Positions 50,480 through 60,218 are shown, counted from the stretch's first letter. The stretch: DNA of 64,000 bases from an uncultured Bacteroidota bacterium (GCA_963851385.1 CAWKPE010000019.1:24355-88354); one strand, 5' to 3'. Notes: generated by a model not told the origin, from the letters alone. Numbers and translations are program-made.

Positions 50480-52822
50480 ATGAGAGTTTTGCTCTGTTTT
50501 ATTGGACTTGTAATTTGTGTGGTTTGTCAAAGCCAGCAAAAGATCTTGGGTACAGTATACGATAATACAGGAGAGCCTCTGGCAGGGGTTATAATAACGG
50601 ATGAAAAACATAAGGTTCTATGTAATACAAATGATTCGGGTAAGTTCACTGTTGTTATTATGCCTGAAACAAATCTTTGTTTCACATTAATGGGTTTTTA
50701 TGATACTTGTATAACCTTACAAACCATAAAAAATAATTTTGAAGTTTTGATGAGGGTAAAACCCATTAATTCAAGTGAAATAATAATTAAAGCCAACAAA
50801 TCTGAGGAATATTTTAAGGGAACAAAAACAGGGCTATTCCAGATCAAGCCGGATAGTTTGAGGAATTTACCAAATATTGTCGGGGAAGCTGACCCGATGA
50901 GAATGCTTCAACTATCTCCTGGTGTGGCAAAAAGTGAGATAAACATGGGCATAAATGTAAGAGGCAGTAGCGCCGATCAAAACCTGATTTTTTTTGACGA
51001 TGCAATAGTTTATAACCCCACTCATTTAATGGGGTTCTTATCCATTTTCAATTCTGAGATAATTGATGATGTTACCCTTATTAAATCAGGATTACCGGCT
51101 TATTACGGTGGTCGGCTTTCATCTGTTACAATAATTGAATCAAATAAAACTATTCCCGAATCACCTCAATTTTCAGCTAATATTGGATTATTGCTCTCAG
51201 GTTTTATGTATAAGTTTCCGGTTGCAAAAAAAAAGATGAGTATTACGTTAGCCGCACGTAAATCTTACATCGATTATACTTTAAAACCTTTAAGTAAATT
51301 ACTATTTAACAAAGGCAAATCCACGTTTAATTTTACTGACTATGGATTTTACGATCTGAATTTTATAGCGGTTTATAAACCTTCAATATATGATATTATT
51401 TACATTTCTGCTTATACAGGAAGTGATAACTTTGATTTAAAAAAAGTTTCATTTGATATTCAAAATACGGTTGACTGGAATAATAGTACCCTTTCTGTAA
51501 AATGGCTTCATAACACAAATTCATTCCATTCAATGAAAACGATTGCAGGATTTTCTGGTAATAATTTTAGCTTTAGTTTAGTACAGGAAAACAACGGATA
51601 CTGGCTGTCATCAAATTTGAAGAACTACTATTTTAATCACGAGCATAGTTTCTATTTTAAAAAATTTACATTGAAAACCGGGTTCAACCAGGAAATATAT
51701 TCCGTTCTTCCTTCGAGGAATGAGGCAAATTTGTACGGACAAAGCGCTGTCATTGGCACTGTCAATACTTATCATGTCAGCATTAGTAATTTATATATCC
51801 ATACTGAAACTGATATTTCCGGCAGACTAAAAATTGCATTAGGAATAAGAAGTAGCTTTTATATGCATCTAGGACCTTATACAGGTTATAATCATGATTT
51901 TTCAGGTAATATTACTGATACTATTTTTTTTAAGAAAAATGAAATAATTAAAAAATACTCTGGCGTTGAACCAAGAATGAGTTTAAATTATACAATTAAT
52001 CCAGTTTCGTGGATTAAAATTTCCGCTACCGAAAATACTCAATACCTGCAGCAGGTAAACGTAACTTCTGTTGCACTTCCTACAGATTTCTGGCTTCCTT
52101 CAACCAGTTTTGTACCACCTGCACAAGGGTACCAATTTTCAGCAGGATATTTCAGGAAACTTTCAAGCAGTTATGATGGTTCTATAGACTTATTTTACAA
52201 AGGAATGAAGAATATTCTTGAATTTAATTCTGGCATATTAACTGCTTTAACAAAATCAACAATAGAAGAAAATGTAATTGTTGGGAAAGGGCGTTCATAT
52301 GGAGTAGAATTATTCCTTGCTAAAAAGACTGGGAAACTTACCGGCTGGTTAAGCTATACACTTTCACGTTCAGAAAGAATATTTGCTATGATTGATAGTG
52401 GAAGGCCTTATCCCTCAAAATATGATCATACGCATGACTTGTCTTTAGTTTTTCAATATCCGTTAACCCGAAAATGGAAAGCTTCAGCGATATTTGTTTA
52501 TACAACCGGAAATGCAATTACAATGCCCATTGGAAGATATATAATCCAGGGTCTGATTGTAAATCAGATGGGAAATTACAATTCTTTCCGGTTACCTTCA
52601 TATAACAGGTTAGATGTTTCATTTACCAGGAATATAAAAAAAACCGGGCGTTCGGAACAAAACCTGAACATAAGTATTTACAATGTATATAACAGGCCAA
52701 ACCCATATTTTATGTATTTTAATGTTACCGGCGATTTAAAAGAAAATAAACTAAATGTTACTTTGAAATCAGTTTCTATTTTTCCTATCATGCCTTCGGT
52801 GTCTTACGAAATAAGATTTTAG
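50480..52822 (+). CDS. TonB-dependent receptor (CarboxypepD_reg, plug, barrel), intact paralogue of the 12368 pseudogene
   Basis: 780 aa. Motifs are GTVYDNTGEPLAGVIITD, the plug GINVRGSSADQNLIFFDDAIVYNP, and the barrel GWLSYTLSRS...RLPSYNRLDVSF, ending in YEIRF. Confidence 0.85.
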   Translation: MRVLLCFIGLVICVVCQSQQKILGTVYDNTGEPLAGVIITDEKHKVLCNTNDSGKFTVVIMPETNLCFTLMGFYDTCITLQTIKNNFEVLMRVKPINSSEIIIKANKSEEYFKGTKTGLFQIKPDSLRNLPNIVGEADPMRMLQLSPGVAKSEINMGINVRGSSADQNLIFFDDAIVYNPTHLMGFLSIFNSEIIDDVTLIKSGLPAYYGGRLSSVTIIESNKTIPESPQFSANIGLLLSGFMYKFPVAKKKMSITLAARKSYIDYTLKPLSKLLFNKGKSTFNFTDYGFYDLNFIAVYKPSIYDIIYISAYTGSDNFDLKKVSFDIQNTVDWNNSTLSVKWLHNTNSFHSMKTIAGFSGNNFSFSLVQENNGYWLSSNLKNYYFNHEHSFYFKKFTLKTGFNQEIYSVLPSRNEANLYGQSAVIGTVNTYHVSISNLYIHTETDISGRLKIALGIRSSFYMHLGPYTGYNHDFSGNITDTIFFKKNEIIKKYSGVEPRMSLNYTINPVSWIKISATENTQYLQQVNVTSVALPTDFWLPSTSFVPPAQGYQFSAGYFRKLSSSYDGSIDLFYKGMKNILEFNSGILTALTKSTIEENVIVGKGRSYGVELFLAKKTGKLTGWLSYTLSRSERIFAMIDSGRPYPSKYDHTHDLSLVFQYPLTRKWKASAIFVYTTGNAITMPIGRYIIQGLIVNQMGNYNSFRLPSYNRLDVSFTRNIKKTGRSEQNLNISIYNVYNRPNPYFMYFNVTGDLKENKLNVTLKSVSIFPIMPSVSYEIRF

Positions 52823-52823
52823 T

Positions 52824-53672
52824 ATGAAAAATATATATAAAATAACAATTCTTTTAATTATTTGCTGGAGTTGCAACCCAGGACTGAATATAGAAATGCC
52901 CGGACTGAAAAAACAATTGGTAGTTGACGGATGGATTGAGAACGGTGGATATCCAATGGTTATATTGACATACAATTCATCATTTTTCAGCAATTTAGAT
53001 TCAGCATCGTTTAGGAGTCTTGTGGCTACCAGAGCAAAAGTAACTGTTTCCGATGATAACGAATCAGAAATTCTCACTCTCACGTTTGATACAACTTACT
53101 TCCCTCCGTTTGTTTATGAAGGAAATATATTAAAAGGTGTTGAAGGCAAGACTTATTATCTTACAGTTGAAGATGAGATTGATACCTTGCATGCTATCAC
53201 AACCATTCCAAATCATTCTCCAACGATCGATTCGTTATGGATGGATTATTTAAATAATATTGATACCATAGGAGTATTAAAGTGCAGGTTTACTGATAAT
53301 CCTGATGAAAAAAACTATTACCGCACATTTACAGAGATTGGGAGGTCTATTCATTTTGTCCCCACACTTTTTTCTTGTTTTAGTGATGAATATTTTAATG
53401 GAAATACTGTAACATTAAGCTTAAATAAAGGTAGTGACAATCAATTTTCACTTATGTCAAACATTTACTTTTCTAAAGGAGATTCAATACTCCTTAAATT
53501 TAGCGCAATTGATAAAGCAAGTTTTACATTTTGGTTGGCTTACGAGGAAGCCGTTTTAAATTCTTCAAGCCCATTTTCATCAGAACATAACCAATTGGTC
53601 TCAAATACTGATAATGGATTAGGAATTTGGTGTGGTTACAATTCTTCCTATTATGGTTTAATAGCAAAATAG
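52824..53672 (+). CDS. DUF4249-family lipoprotein
   Basis: It starts 2 nt after the receptor stop. Lipobox LLIICWSC. Segments LVVDGWIENGGYPMVILT and GVEGKTYYLTV are typical of DUF4249 partners of this receptor class. Confidence 0.7.
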   Translation: MKNIYKITILLIICWSCNPGLNIEMPGLKKQLVVDGWIENGGYPMVILTYNSSFFSNLDSASFRSLVATRAKVTVSDDNESEILTLTFDTTYFPPFVYEGNILKGVEGKTYYLTVEDEIDTLHAITTIPNHSPTIDSLWMDYLNNIDTIGVLKCRFTDNPDEKNYYRTFTEIGRSIHFVPTLFSCFSDEYFNGNTVTLSLNKGSDNQFSLMSNIYFSKGDSILLKFSAIDKASFTFWLAYEEAVLNSSSPFSSEHNQLVSNTDNGLGIWCGYNSSYYGLIAK

Positions 53673-53698
53673 GGCTGCAATTTTACAACCCTATTTTT
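53671..53698. terminator. hairpin between convergent genes (probable bidirectional terminator)
   Basis: AGGGCTG ... CAACCCT forms a stem with one mismatch, followed by ATTTTTA. It lies between the ends of the 52824 (+) and 53723 (-) genes. Confidence 0.4.
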
Positions 53699-53722
53699 AT
53701 CATTTAGGAACTTGAATCAACT

Positions 53723-55006
53723 TTACTTAGAAGTTTGAATTCCATAGGTATTTTGTAATTCAGTAAGGAACGTATTAAAATCACTTGTCAAATCGCTAAA
53801 CCCGCTTTGGAAATATGTACTTAAGTCGCTCTTCGAGTTATCAGCAAATACAAAACGAATGTCTATTTCTGACGATGTATAAGTATAATCATAAGATGTG
53901 TACTGATAAGTTTTTAAATAGGGTTCGGCTTTCGCAATCATTTGGTTCTTATCAGCATAAACCACTACCAAAGCTATATCATTTTTAATAAGAGTTATTG
54001 CTTCATTTTGTTTTACAGTATCGGCAGAAGTTTCTTTATCAATAGCAATCAAGCCATTATAAAAATCTTTAAAATCAACTTGTCCGGCAATTTTAATATT
54101 GTAAAACTGGAAATGAGCATTCGCGTTGGTAAGAATAGTTGTTGGATCTGGGTTCTGGCTGTTAGTAAAATTCTGTATGTTGGTTTTATCAAAATTACCA
54201 GTCATTTCCCAACCTATATCAACTATTGTAGTAGATGAATTTTTTATTGAATAACTCAAGCTTACATCTGATGTTTGGTAACTCCAACTCGTGTTAAATA
54301 CGAATGTGCCAATAGTTAAGGTACTTGATATTGAAGTCGGCATCCCATCAGAATTATATGCCCCGGTAAATGCGTAATTTAATGCTGTGGTTCCGTTAAC
54401 TTTAATATCATACTGGATGGAAGTAGGCAATTCAGTAATTGTAGTGTTGCCAAAAATATATGTGCCCGTTTGAACCGTAGGTTTTGCTATTTCGAATACA
54501 CCAGTGTTCTGCCCTGAATTTTTATCAGCCAATGTAGCAGGAAATAATATACTGAAAGTATTGGAAGGTGTTTTATCAAATCCCCCTGTATTAAAATCAT
54601 AAGTATATGTGCCTGCTATTGAATCGTAAATTTGCACCAACCCTATTTCATCAGATGTTTGCCGTAAAGATTTGAAAACACTTTCAACACCAGTTGTATT
54701 ATTACTAAAAGCGGCCATAGCTTTTAACGTCCCTAATGCTGGAGATTCTGTTGAAATTGATTCGGAGGAAGAACTTGCTACTAATAAAACAAGGTTCACT
54801 GTTGCTTGCATTCCCGATGTTTTATTTAAATCGCTCATTTGGGTTATCATATTAACACCGGTATTTTCCAAATCACTTTTCACTTGTGTCGGAGAATTGG
54901 GAGAATAAGGCGTACTGTTCAAATTAGAACTCCCGTTATTATCTTTTTTACAGGCCATAAAGGCTGCTATAATAAAAAGAATTGCAAATAAATTTATTTT
55001 TTTCAT
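53723..55006 (-). CDS. lipoprotein, unknown function
   Basis: 427-aa ORF with signal MKKINLFAILFIIAAFMAC. It is Thr/Ser/Asn-rich and beta-rich, with no recognisable family motif. Confidence 0.65.
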   Translation of the reverse strand: MKKINLFAILFIIAAFMACKKDNNGSSNLNSTPYSPNSPTQVKSDLENTGVNMITQMSDLNKTSGMQATVNLVLLVASSSSESISTESPALGTLKAMAAFSNNTTGVESVFKSLRQTSDEIGLVQIYDSIAGTYTYDFNTGGFDKTPSNTFSILFPATLADKNSGQNTGVFEIAKPTVQTGTYIFGNTTITELPTSIQYDIKVNGTTALNYAFTGAYNSDGMPTSISSTLTIGTFVFNTSWSYQTSDVSLSYSIKNSSTTIVDIGWEMTGNFDKTNIQNFTNSQNPDPTTILTNANAHFQFYNIKIAGQVDFKDFYNGLIAIDKETSADTVKQNEAITLIKNDIALVVVYADKNQMIAKAEPYLKTYQYTSYDYTYTSSEIDIRFVFADNSKSDLSTYFQSGFSDLTSDFNTFLTELQNTYGIQTSK

Positions 55007-55608
55007 TTTATTTTATTTTAAGTTAATTAAAAGCAGACATATTATAATACAAATTTCTATACAAAAATTCTTATTCATTAAATGATAACTTAAAAAATCA
55101 ATAAATAATAAGATAAATAATCTCTAACTGCGGGGACAAACTACATCCAGTTTTTCTTTCACCAAATTCAAAAGAAGCTTATCAACTATTCTAAAAATAG
55201 ATACGATATCGTAAAAATTCTTTCATAGTTATCTTCTATTAGCATTAATAATATTAAATTTTTGACATAATATATTGCAAAAAAGCAAATAGCTTATCAA
55301 AGTTAAAAAATATATTTCATACAAACATATAAGTTTAATAAACTAATCAGAAATAAAAATAAAGATTTGAATATAAGCCAGATAAAAAATATATTTGAGA
55401 CATATATCAGCTCAAAACAAAAATATTTTACAAAACCAAGTATTGAATAGATAAAATTTGTGATTTAAAATCAAATCATTTTGATTTGGTTCATCATAAC
55501 TATTACGAATTACAGAACTATCCCTAAATTGATAATGAAAAACTTAATTACCCAAATTTTTATTTGTTTTAAATAAAAAATGTGTGATATATTGTTTGAT
55601 GAAAAAAC

Positions 55609-55642
55609 TTAACCCTTGTAAAATTTAATTTACAAGGGTTAA
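55609..55642. other. perfect 14-bp inverted repeat (hairpin) at the presumed island edge
   Basis: TTAACCCTTGTAAA - ATTTAA - TTTACAAGGGTTAA. On the minus strand the hairpin is followed by GTTTTTTC, so it is terminator-like. Confidence 0.6.
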
Positions 55643-55715
55643 TGATTTTAATAGTAGCCCGTAGGGTATTACTTTTTTCATTTCATTCAATTTTATCTAA
55701 TTCTAATGTGACATT

Positions 55716-55748
55716 ATGAAGCCTAATAAATAGGCTTCATTTGTTTAC
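55716..55748 (+). terminator. terminator-like hairpin upstream of the integrase
   Basis: ATGAAGCCTA / TAGGCTTCAT forms a 10-bp stem with a 5-nt loop, followed by TTGTTT. No upstream plus-strand gene lies within 700 nt, so its role is unclear. Confidence 0.4.
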
Positions 55749-55794
55749 TAAAGGTATAATAAATATTATTACATTTCATTAGATTTAATCAAAT

Positions 55795-55827
55795 AGTGTA
55801 CGTAAATTTACCAAAAATACGTACACT
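55795..55827 (+). promoter_or_regulatory. 10-bp inverted repeat abutting the integrase start codon, enclosing a near-consensus -7 box
   Basis: AGTGTACGTA (55795-55804) and TACGTACACT (55818-55827) flank a 13-nt spacer. TAAATTTA at 55803-55810 resembles TAnnTTTG. ATG is at 55828. Confidence 0.5.
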
Positions 55828-57054
55828 ATGAGTTTGAAAATTAACTTCTATCTTGAAAGCAGACAGGGCAATGCTAAAAACTTGCCTATTAATATGCTGG
55901 TCTGGTTTGACGGTTACCGATTAAAATACTATACTGGTTATAGAATTGATTTAAAAAAATGGGATAAAGAAGACCAGGAAGTAAAAAAGAACAATCTTAA
56001 TGAGAATGGACAAACTGCATCGTTCCTCAACCAAAAATTAACAAATCTAAAAAATGAAGCCGCTAAGGTTTATAATGATTACGATGCACTTAAAAAATCT
56101 TTGACTATTGAAAATTTTCGAAATGAGTTAAAAGCCGTTGACAATAAGAATATCAAAAAGGTTAATGAAAAAAGTATTAACCATTGTTTTGAAATTTATA
56201 AATCACAAATAGCAGTCAGTTATGGGACACTAAAAATGATAAATGTTTTATTTAACCACTTTCAAACTTTCTTAAAAACCAATAAAGATATTAACGATAT
56301 TACCCATGAAACTTTAGTTTTATTTGAGAATTATTTAAGTGCAAGCAAAAATAAAGGGCATAACACAATAGTAAGTAATATGAAGCGCTTAAGGGCTTTC
56401 TTCAAGTTTGCTGAACGAAAAGAATGGATTAAAATCAACCCGTTTAAAAAATATAAAGTAGAATCTGAGAAGTATGGGAGACCAATTGCATTAACGAAAA
56501 ACGAGCTTGAACTACTTTATAATAAAGATATATCTGACAATCCCAAACTTGACAAAACAAGGGACATTTTTATTTTTCAGTGCTGCATTGGATGCAGAGT
56601 ATCAGATTTGATGCGATTGACCAAAGCAAATATTATTAACGGTTTTATTCAATATATACCTACCAAGACAAAAGAAGAAAGCCCAAACTCAGTGAGTGTC
56701 CCAATTAATGACAAGGCTAAGCAAATATTAAATAAATATTCAGGTAGTGATACTATTTTGCCTTTTATTAATGATGTTAAATATAACCTCTTTATAAAAG
56801 AACTATTTAATCATTGTGAATTAACAAGGCAAGTGATAAGATTAAACCCTTTGACAGGGATAGAAGAAAGCAAATCACTTGCTGACATAGCATCTTCACA
56901 TCTTGCCAGAAGAACATTTATCAGTATCTTGCATAAAAAAGTAAAAGATTCCATTATTGCAAGTATGACAGGCCATAAAAAAGATAGCAAAGCATTTTCT
57001 CGTTACTATGACATTGAAGACGAACAAAAAACCGAAATAATTAATTTGATTTAA
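55828..57054 (+). CDS. site-specific tyrosine recombinase (Bacteroidetes-type phage integrase)
   Basis: 408 aa. The N-terminal arm-binding-like region reads INFYLESRQG...YYTGYRIDLKKWD. Catalytic-domain residues are GCRVSDL (Arg), HLARRTF (H-x-x-R), MTGH and FSRYY (Tyr nucleophile). Confidence 0.9.
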   Translation: MSLKINFYLESRQGNAKNLPINMLVWFDGYRLKYYTGYRIDLKKWDKEDQEVKKNNLNENGQTASFLNQKLTNLKNEAAKVYNDYDALKKSLTIENFRNELKAVDNKNIKKVNEKSINHCFEIYKSQIAVSYGTLKMINVLFNHFQTFLKTNKDINDITHETLVLFENYLSASKNKGHNTIVSNMKRLRAFFKFAERKEWIKINPFKKYKVESEKYGRPIALTKNELELLYNKDISDNPKLDKTRDIFIFQCCIGCRVSDLMRLTKANIINGFIQYIPTKTKEESPNSVSVPINDKAKQILNKYSGSDTILPFINDVKYNLFIKELFNHCELTRQVIRLNPLTGIEESKSLADIASSHLARRTFISILHKKVKDSIIASMTGHKKDSKAFSRYYDIEDEQKTEIINLI

Positions 57055-57060
57055 TATACA

Positions 57061-58278
57061 ATGGAAATTGATATTGAAGAATTAAAAGAAAAGTTCGTAT
57101 TATATGTTTTTTGTCAAAGTACATATTCATATTTTGATAAAAAAAATGATTTTCAAATTGATTTGCAATATAAACCTGACAAAGTAAATTTTATAGAAAA
57201 AAAAGCAATTGAAATTGGAGAATTACTCTCTAATAGCGAATCAACAATTTATAAAGAAACATTCTCAATTAAACTTATACGTACGCATCTTTCAAACATT
57301 AAAGGTCAAAGTGAAATACGAAATTTGCATACACCTTTAATTGATACACTTCATTATCACATTTCTGATGGTTTACATAGAAGTAAATTAAAAGAATACT
57401 CCCTAAAATATAGTATTGAAGAAAATTTTGGATTCGATAAATTAGGCTCTGTTTTAATAGAATTTCTATCAAATCAAATGTTTTACGTTTACCTCACTGA
57501 TGATTTAAACAGAAATGATCGGCCTCTTAATACAATATTTAATGAAAATACTATAAACAAAAATAATTGGATTAGCTTTTTTGAGAGTATTGATATTAAA
57601 AAAGAACCTCAATTAGAACCAAAAATTTGGCGGGGCGAAATTGGGGAAACCTATGTTCAAAATTGCTATACAACTTCACTTATTCAGCATTTGTATGAGC
57701 TAAAAAAGAAAATTGGATATTTAAGAGATAGTTCCAAATTAACTTATCTCATTCAATTAAATTTGCCTTTGCCACAAATGCCAAACTTTGACCATGAAGC
57801 TGTAAATCAAGGTTTTTATGAGTGTGATATGCACTACTATGAGTTTATTAATGATTATATAGAATATTTAAAACAGAAAATTAATTTAGCTAATTCAACA
57901 CAATTTCATAAAAATGAAGATGCTAACAATAAGAAAAATACACACAAAAAGAAACATATTACTTTTGAAAATTATTCCATTAAACATGAATACATAAAGC
58001 TATTTTTTCAATCATTAAAGAATGAGAACCTATTTGATGAGGATAATATATTTAAAGGGAAGTTTAATGATATAAAGGACGAAATACATACTATTATTAA
58101 AGTGCTAACTGACAAGAAATATTTAACTGAGGCACCAAATTCAAATAATTATCTATTTGCCACTGCACTTGGTATTAAATCAAATATAAATGATAAAACA
58201 ATACGTAAAACCAATTGGACAGCGAAGAATGAAAGGTATTTGTACTATTCCCAAATAATACCAAATCTAATTAAATAA
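57061..58278 (+). CDS. hypothetical protein (ORFan to my eye)
   Basis: 405-aa uninterrupted ORF starting 7 nt after the integrase stop. I recognise no motif. Confidence 0.6.
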   Translation: MEIDIEELKEKFVLYVFCQSTYSYFDKKNDFQIDLQYKPDKVNFIEKKAIEIGELLSNSESTIYKETFSIKLIRTHLSNIKGQSEIRNLHTPLIDTLHYHISDGLHRSKLKEYSLKYSIEENFGFDKLGSVLIEFLSNQMFYVYLTDDLNRNDRPLNTIFNENTINKNNWISFFESIDIKKEPQLEPKIWRGEIGETYVQNCYTTSLIQHLYELKKKIGYLRDSSKLTYLIQLNLPLPQMPNFDHEAVNQGFYECDMHYYEFINDYIEYLKQKINLANSTQFHKNEDANNKKNTHKKKHITFENYSIKHEYIKLFFQSLKNENLFDEDNIFKGKFNDIKDEIHTIIKVLTDKKYLTEAPNSNNYLFATALGIKSNINDKTIRKTNWTAKNERYLYYSQIIPNLIK

Positions 58279-58379
58279 TCTACCAATTTACCAAAAGTTA
58301 CCATATGGTAATTAATGGTAAGTAATTATAATACAATACATTAAAATATATTTTCCTTTGCATAACAAATTAAATATTT

Positions 58380-58667
58380 ATGCAAATGGAACTTATTATT
58401 ACAACCCCTGAGAATTTAAAAATTGAAGTTGAGGCAGCGGTATCTCGTGCGCTTGCAAATCAAGCACCTCAACAACAAACCAAAGTACCACAAAAAGAGT
58501 TTGCTTACAGCATTAAAGAAGGTGCTGACTTTTTCCAATGTTCACCTGTAACATTTCAATCGTGGAAAAATTCCGGCTTTGTGAAATATACGCAACATGG
58601 CCGGAAATTAATAATTGATTTACCGGGTACATTGGAACTTTTGAATACTAAAAAAAAGAAAGTTTAA
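58380..58667 (+). CDS. AlpA/excisionase-type helix-turn-helix protein
   Basis: 95 aa. The HTH_17-like segment reads YSIKEGADFFQCSPVTFQSWKNSGFVKYTQHGRKLIIDLPGTLELL. Confidence 0.7.
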   Translation: MQMELIITTPENLKIEVEAAVSRALANQAPQQQTKVPQKEFAYSIKEGADFFQCSPVTFQSWKNSGFVKYTQHGRKLIIDLPGTLELLNTKKKKV

Positions 58668-58718
58668 AATTCTTTTTATGGTAAGTGTATTATATATTAA
58701 TGCAATCAGAGTTTTGAA

Positions 58719-60218
58719 ATGATAACCAAGTTGAATCATAGTGATGATTTACGCTTTTCAAGAAAATTCCTGTTGGAAAAATATTTTGAAAAACCTGCCA
58801 ATACCTTATTGCCGAAAATTCCACAAAAGACTATAATACAAAAAGTTACTAAGTCAAATAAAAAAACATATATTCAACAAATTCCAGAAAAAGTAAATGA
58901 TATATTTCCTGAAATAGTTGAACTATTGAAAGCAGAAATTGAAGGATTCACTGAAGAAAAATTAAGAGAAGTTATATCAATTGTTGCTTGTCATGTTCGT
59001 AGGGATAAAGACAATAATAATATCGAAACACCAATAAAAGCTGAATATATTAGAAAGTATGTGCCACGTGGTGACAAATATTTAAAGGGACTTATTGATT
59101 TAGGAATTATTCAGCGTTCCGGGAACTACAAAATAAATGTGATATGTTATAAATACTGTTTTGCTCCACAATATGTAAGTAAATATATATCGTTCCCCAT
59201 TAAAGATATGCACTTAATACGTAGATTAGAAAATGCTCAGCTTACTTTTAAAAAGAAAGCTGCTAAATCAGTAAGGAATCACTCAGAACAAACAATATAT
59301 CTGAATCAGCTAACAATTCAAGATAGTTTTATAGATTTTATAGAATCTCATTTTAAAGAAAATATAGATAAATATAATTATGCAATTGGATCAGCAAATA
59401 GGATTTGGAACGGTGATATTTTTTATTCAGTAGATAATACTTCAGGACGCTTTCATAGTAACATCACCAATATGCCAAAAGAATTACGACAATTTTTAAG
59501 AATAAAGAATGAACCGTTAGTAAACATAGACATTAAAAATTCACAGCCGTATCTTTCGACAATTATACTGACAAATCCAAGTAAAGTGTCATGGCTTACT
59601 CAAAATCCCGATTTTCAACAATTATTGCAAACTCTGAAGGTATCCCAAAATGAAGATGTCAAGAAATATATTTCCCTGGTTGTTATGGGTGAAATCTATG
59701 AATTTTTAAAAACTGAATTTTTGAAAAATAACATAATCCTTACCAGAGATGAGACCAAAAAACAAGTGTTAAGAATACTGTTTGCAAAAAACAGGATGCC
59801 AAAGGATGAAACAAATAAAAAATGTAGGCAAACTTTTATTGATAATTTTAAAACGGTTCATAAAATATTTTCCAAAGTTCGAGGTAAGGGGAAGGGCAAT
59901 AAATATCGAAACTACAAAAGATTCGCAATTTTATTGCAGCGAATCGAAAGTTATTTAATGTTAGATATTATTCTAAAACGGATTTATAAAGAATTGCCAG
60001 GCACTATTGCGGTAACAGTGCACGATAGCATAATGACAGGAATATTGACAAATAATGTTGAAGCTATAAAAAAAATAATGGAAGAAGAATTAACCTTTTT
60101 TGTCGGTTTTTCACCAAAAATTAAGATTGAAGAAAGAATTAAAGAAAAAAGGGAGAAAGAAAGAAAGGAAAAAGAGATAATGCAATACGGTGCCGGAACT
60201 TTTGTATGTGTCAATTAA
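58719..60218 (+). CDS. family-A (Pol I / T7-like) polymerase-domain protein with no exonuclease domain; putative island replicase
   Basis: By-eye motif alignment to E. coli Pol I. Residues 242-253 SGRFHSNITNMP match TGRLSS..PNLQNIP. LRQFL matches IRQAF. Residues 269-279 NIDIKNSQPYL match ADYSQIELR (motif A, Asp271 = nt 59529-31). Residues 315-329 KKYISLVVMGEIYEF match K..NFGLIYG (motif B). Residues 432-438 VTVHDSI match QVHDE (motif C, Asp436 = nt 60024-26). Confidence 0.6.
   Translation: MITKLNHSDDLRFSRKFLLEKYFEKPANTLLPKIPQKTIIQKVTKSNKKTYIQQIPEKVNDIFPEIVELLKAEIEGFTEEKLREVISIVACHVRRDKDNNNIETPIKAEYIRKYVPRGDKYLKGLIDLGIIQRSGNYKINVICYKYCFAPQYVSKYISFPIKDMHLIRRLENAQLTFKKKAAKSVRNHSEQTIYLNQLTIQDSFIDFIESHFKENIDKYNYAIGSANRIWNGDIFYSVDNTSGRFHSNITNMPKELRQFLRIKNEPLVNIDIKNSQPYLSTIILTNPSKVSWLTQNPDFQQLLQTLKVSQNEDVKKYISLVVMGEIYEFLKTEFLKNNIILTRDETKKQVLRILFAKNRMPKDETNKKCRQTFIDNFKTVHKIFSKVRGKGKGNKYRNYKRFAILLQRIESYLMLDIILKRIYKELPGTIAVTVHDSIMTGILTNNVEAIKKIMEEELTFFVGFSPKIKIEERIKEKREKERKEKEIMQYGAGTFVCVN

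Noticed and set aside
55007-55827. Expected tRNA gene or tRNA 3' fragment as the integration target next to the integrase
   Set aside because: No cloverleaf, no GTTCRANYC T-loop and no acceptor-stem pairing were found on either strand. The gap is almost pure AT-rich spacer apart from the hairpins reported.
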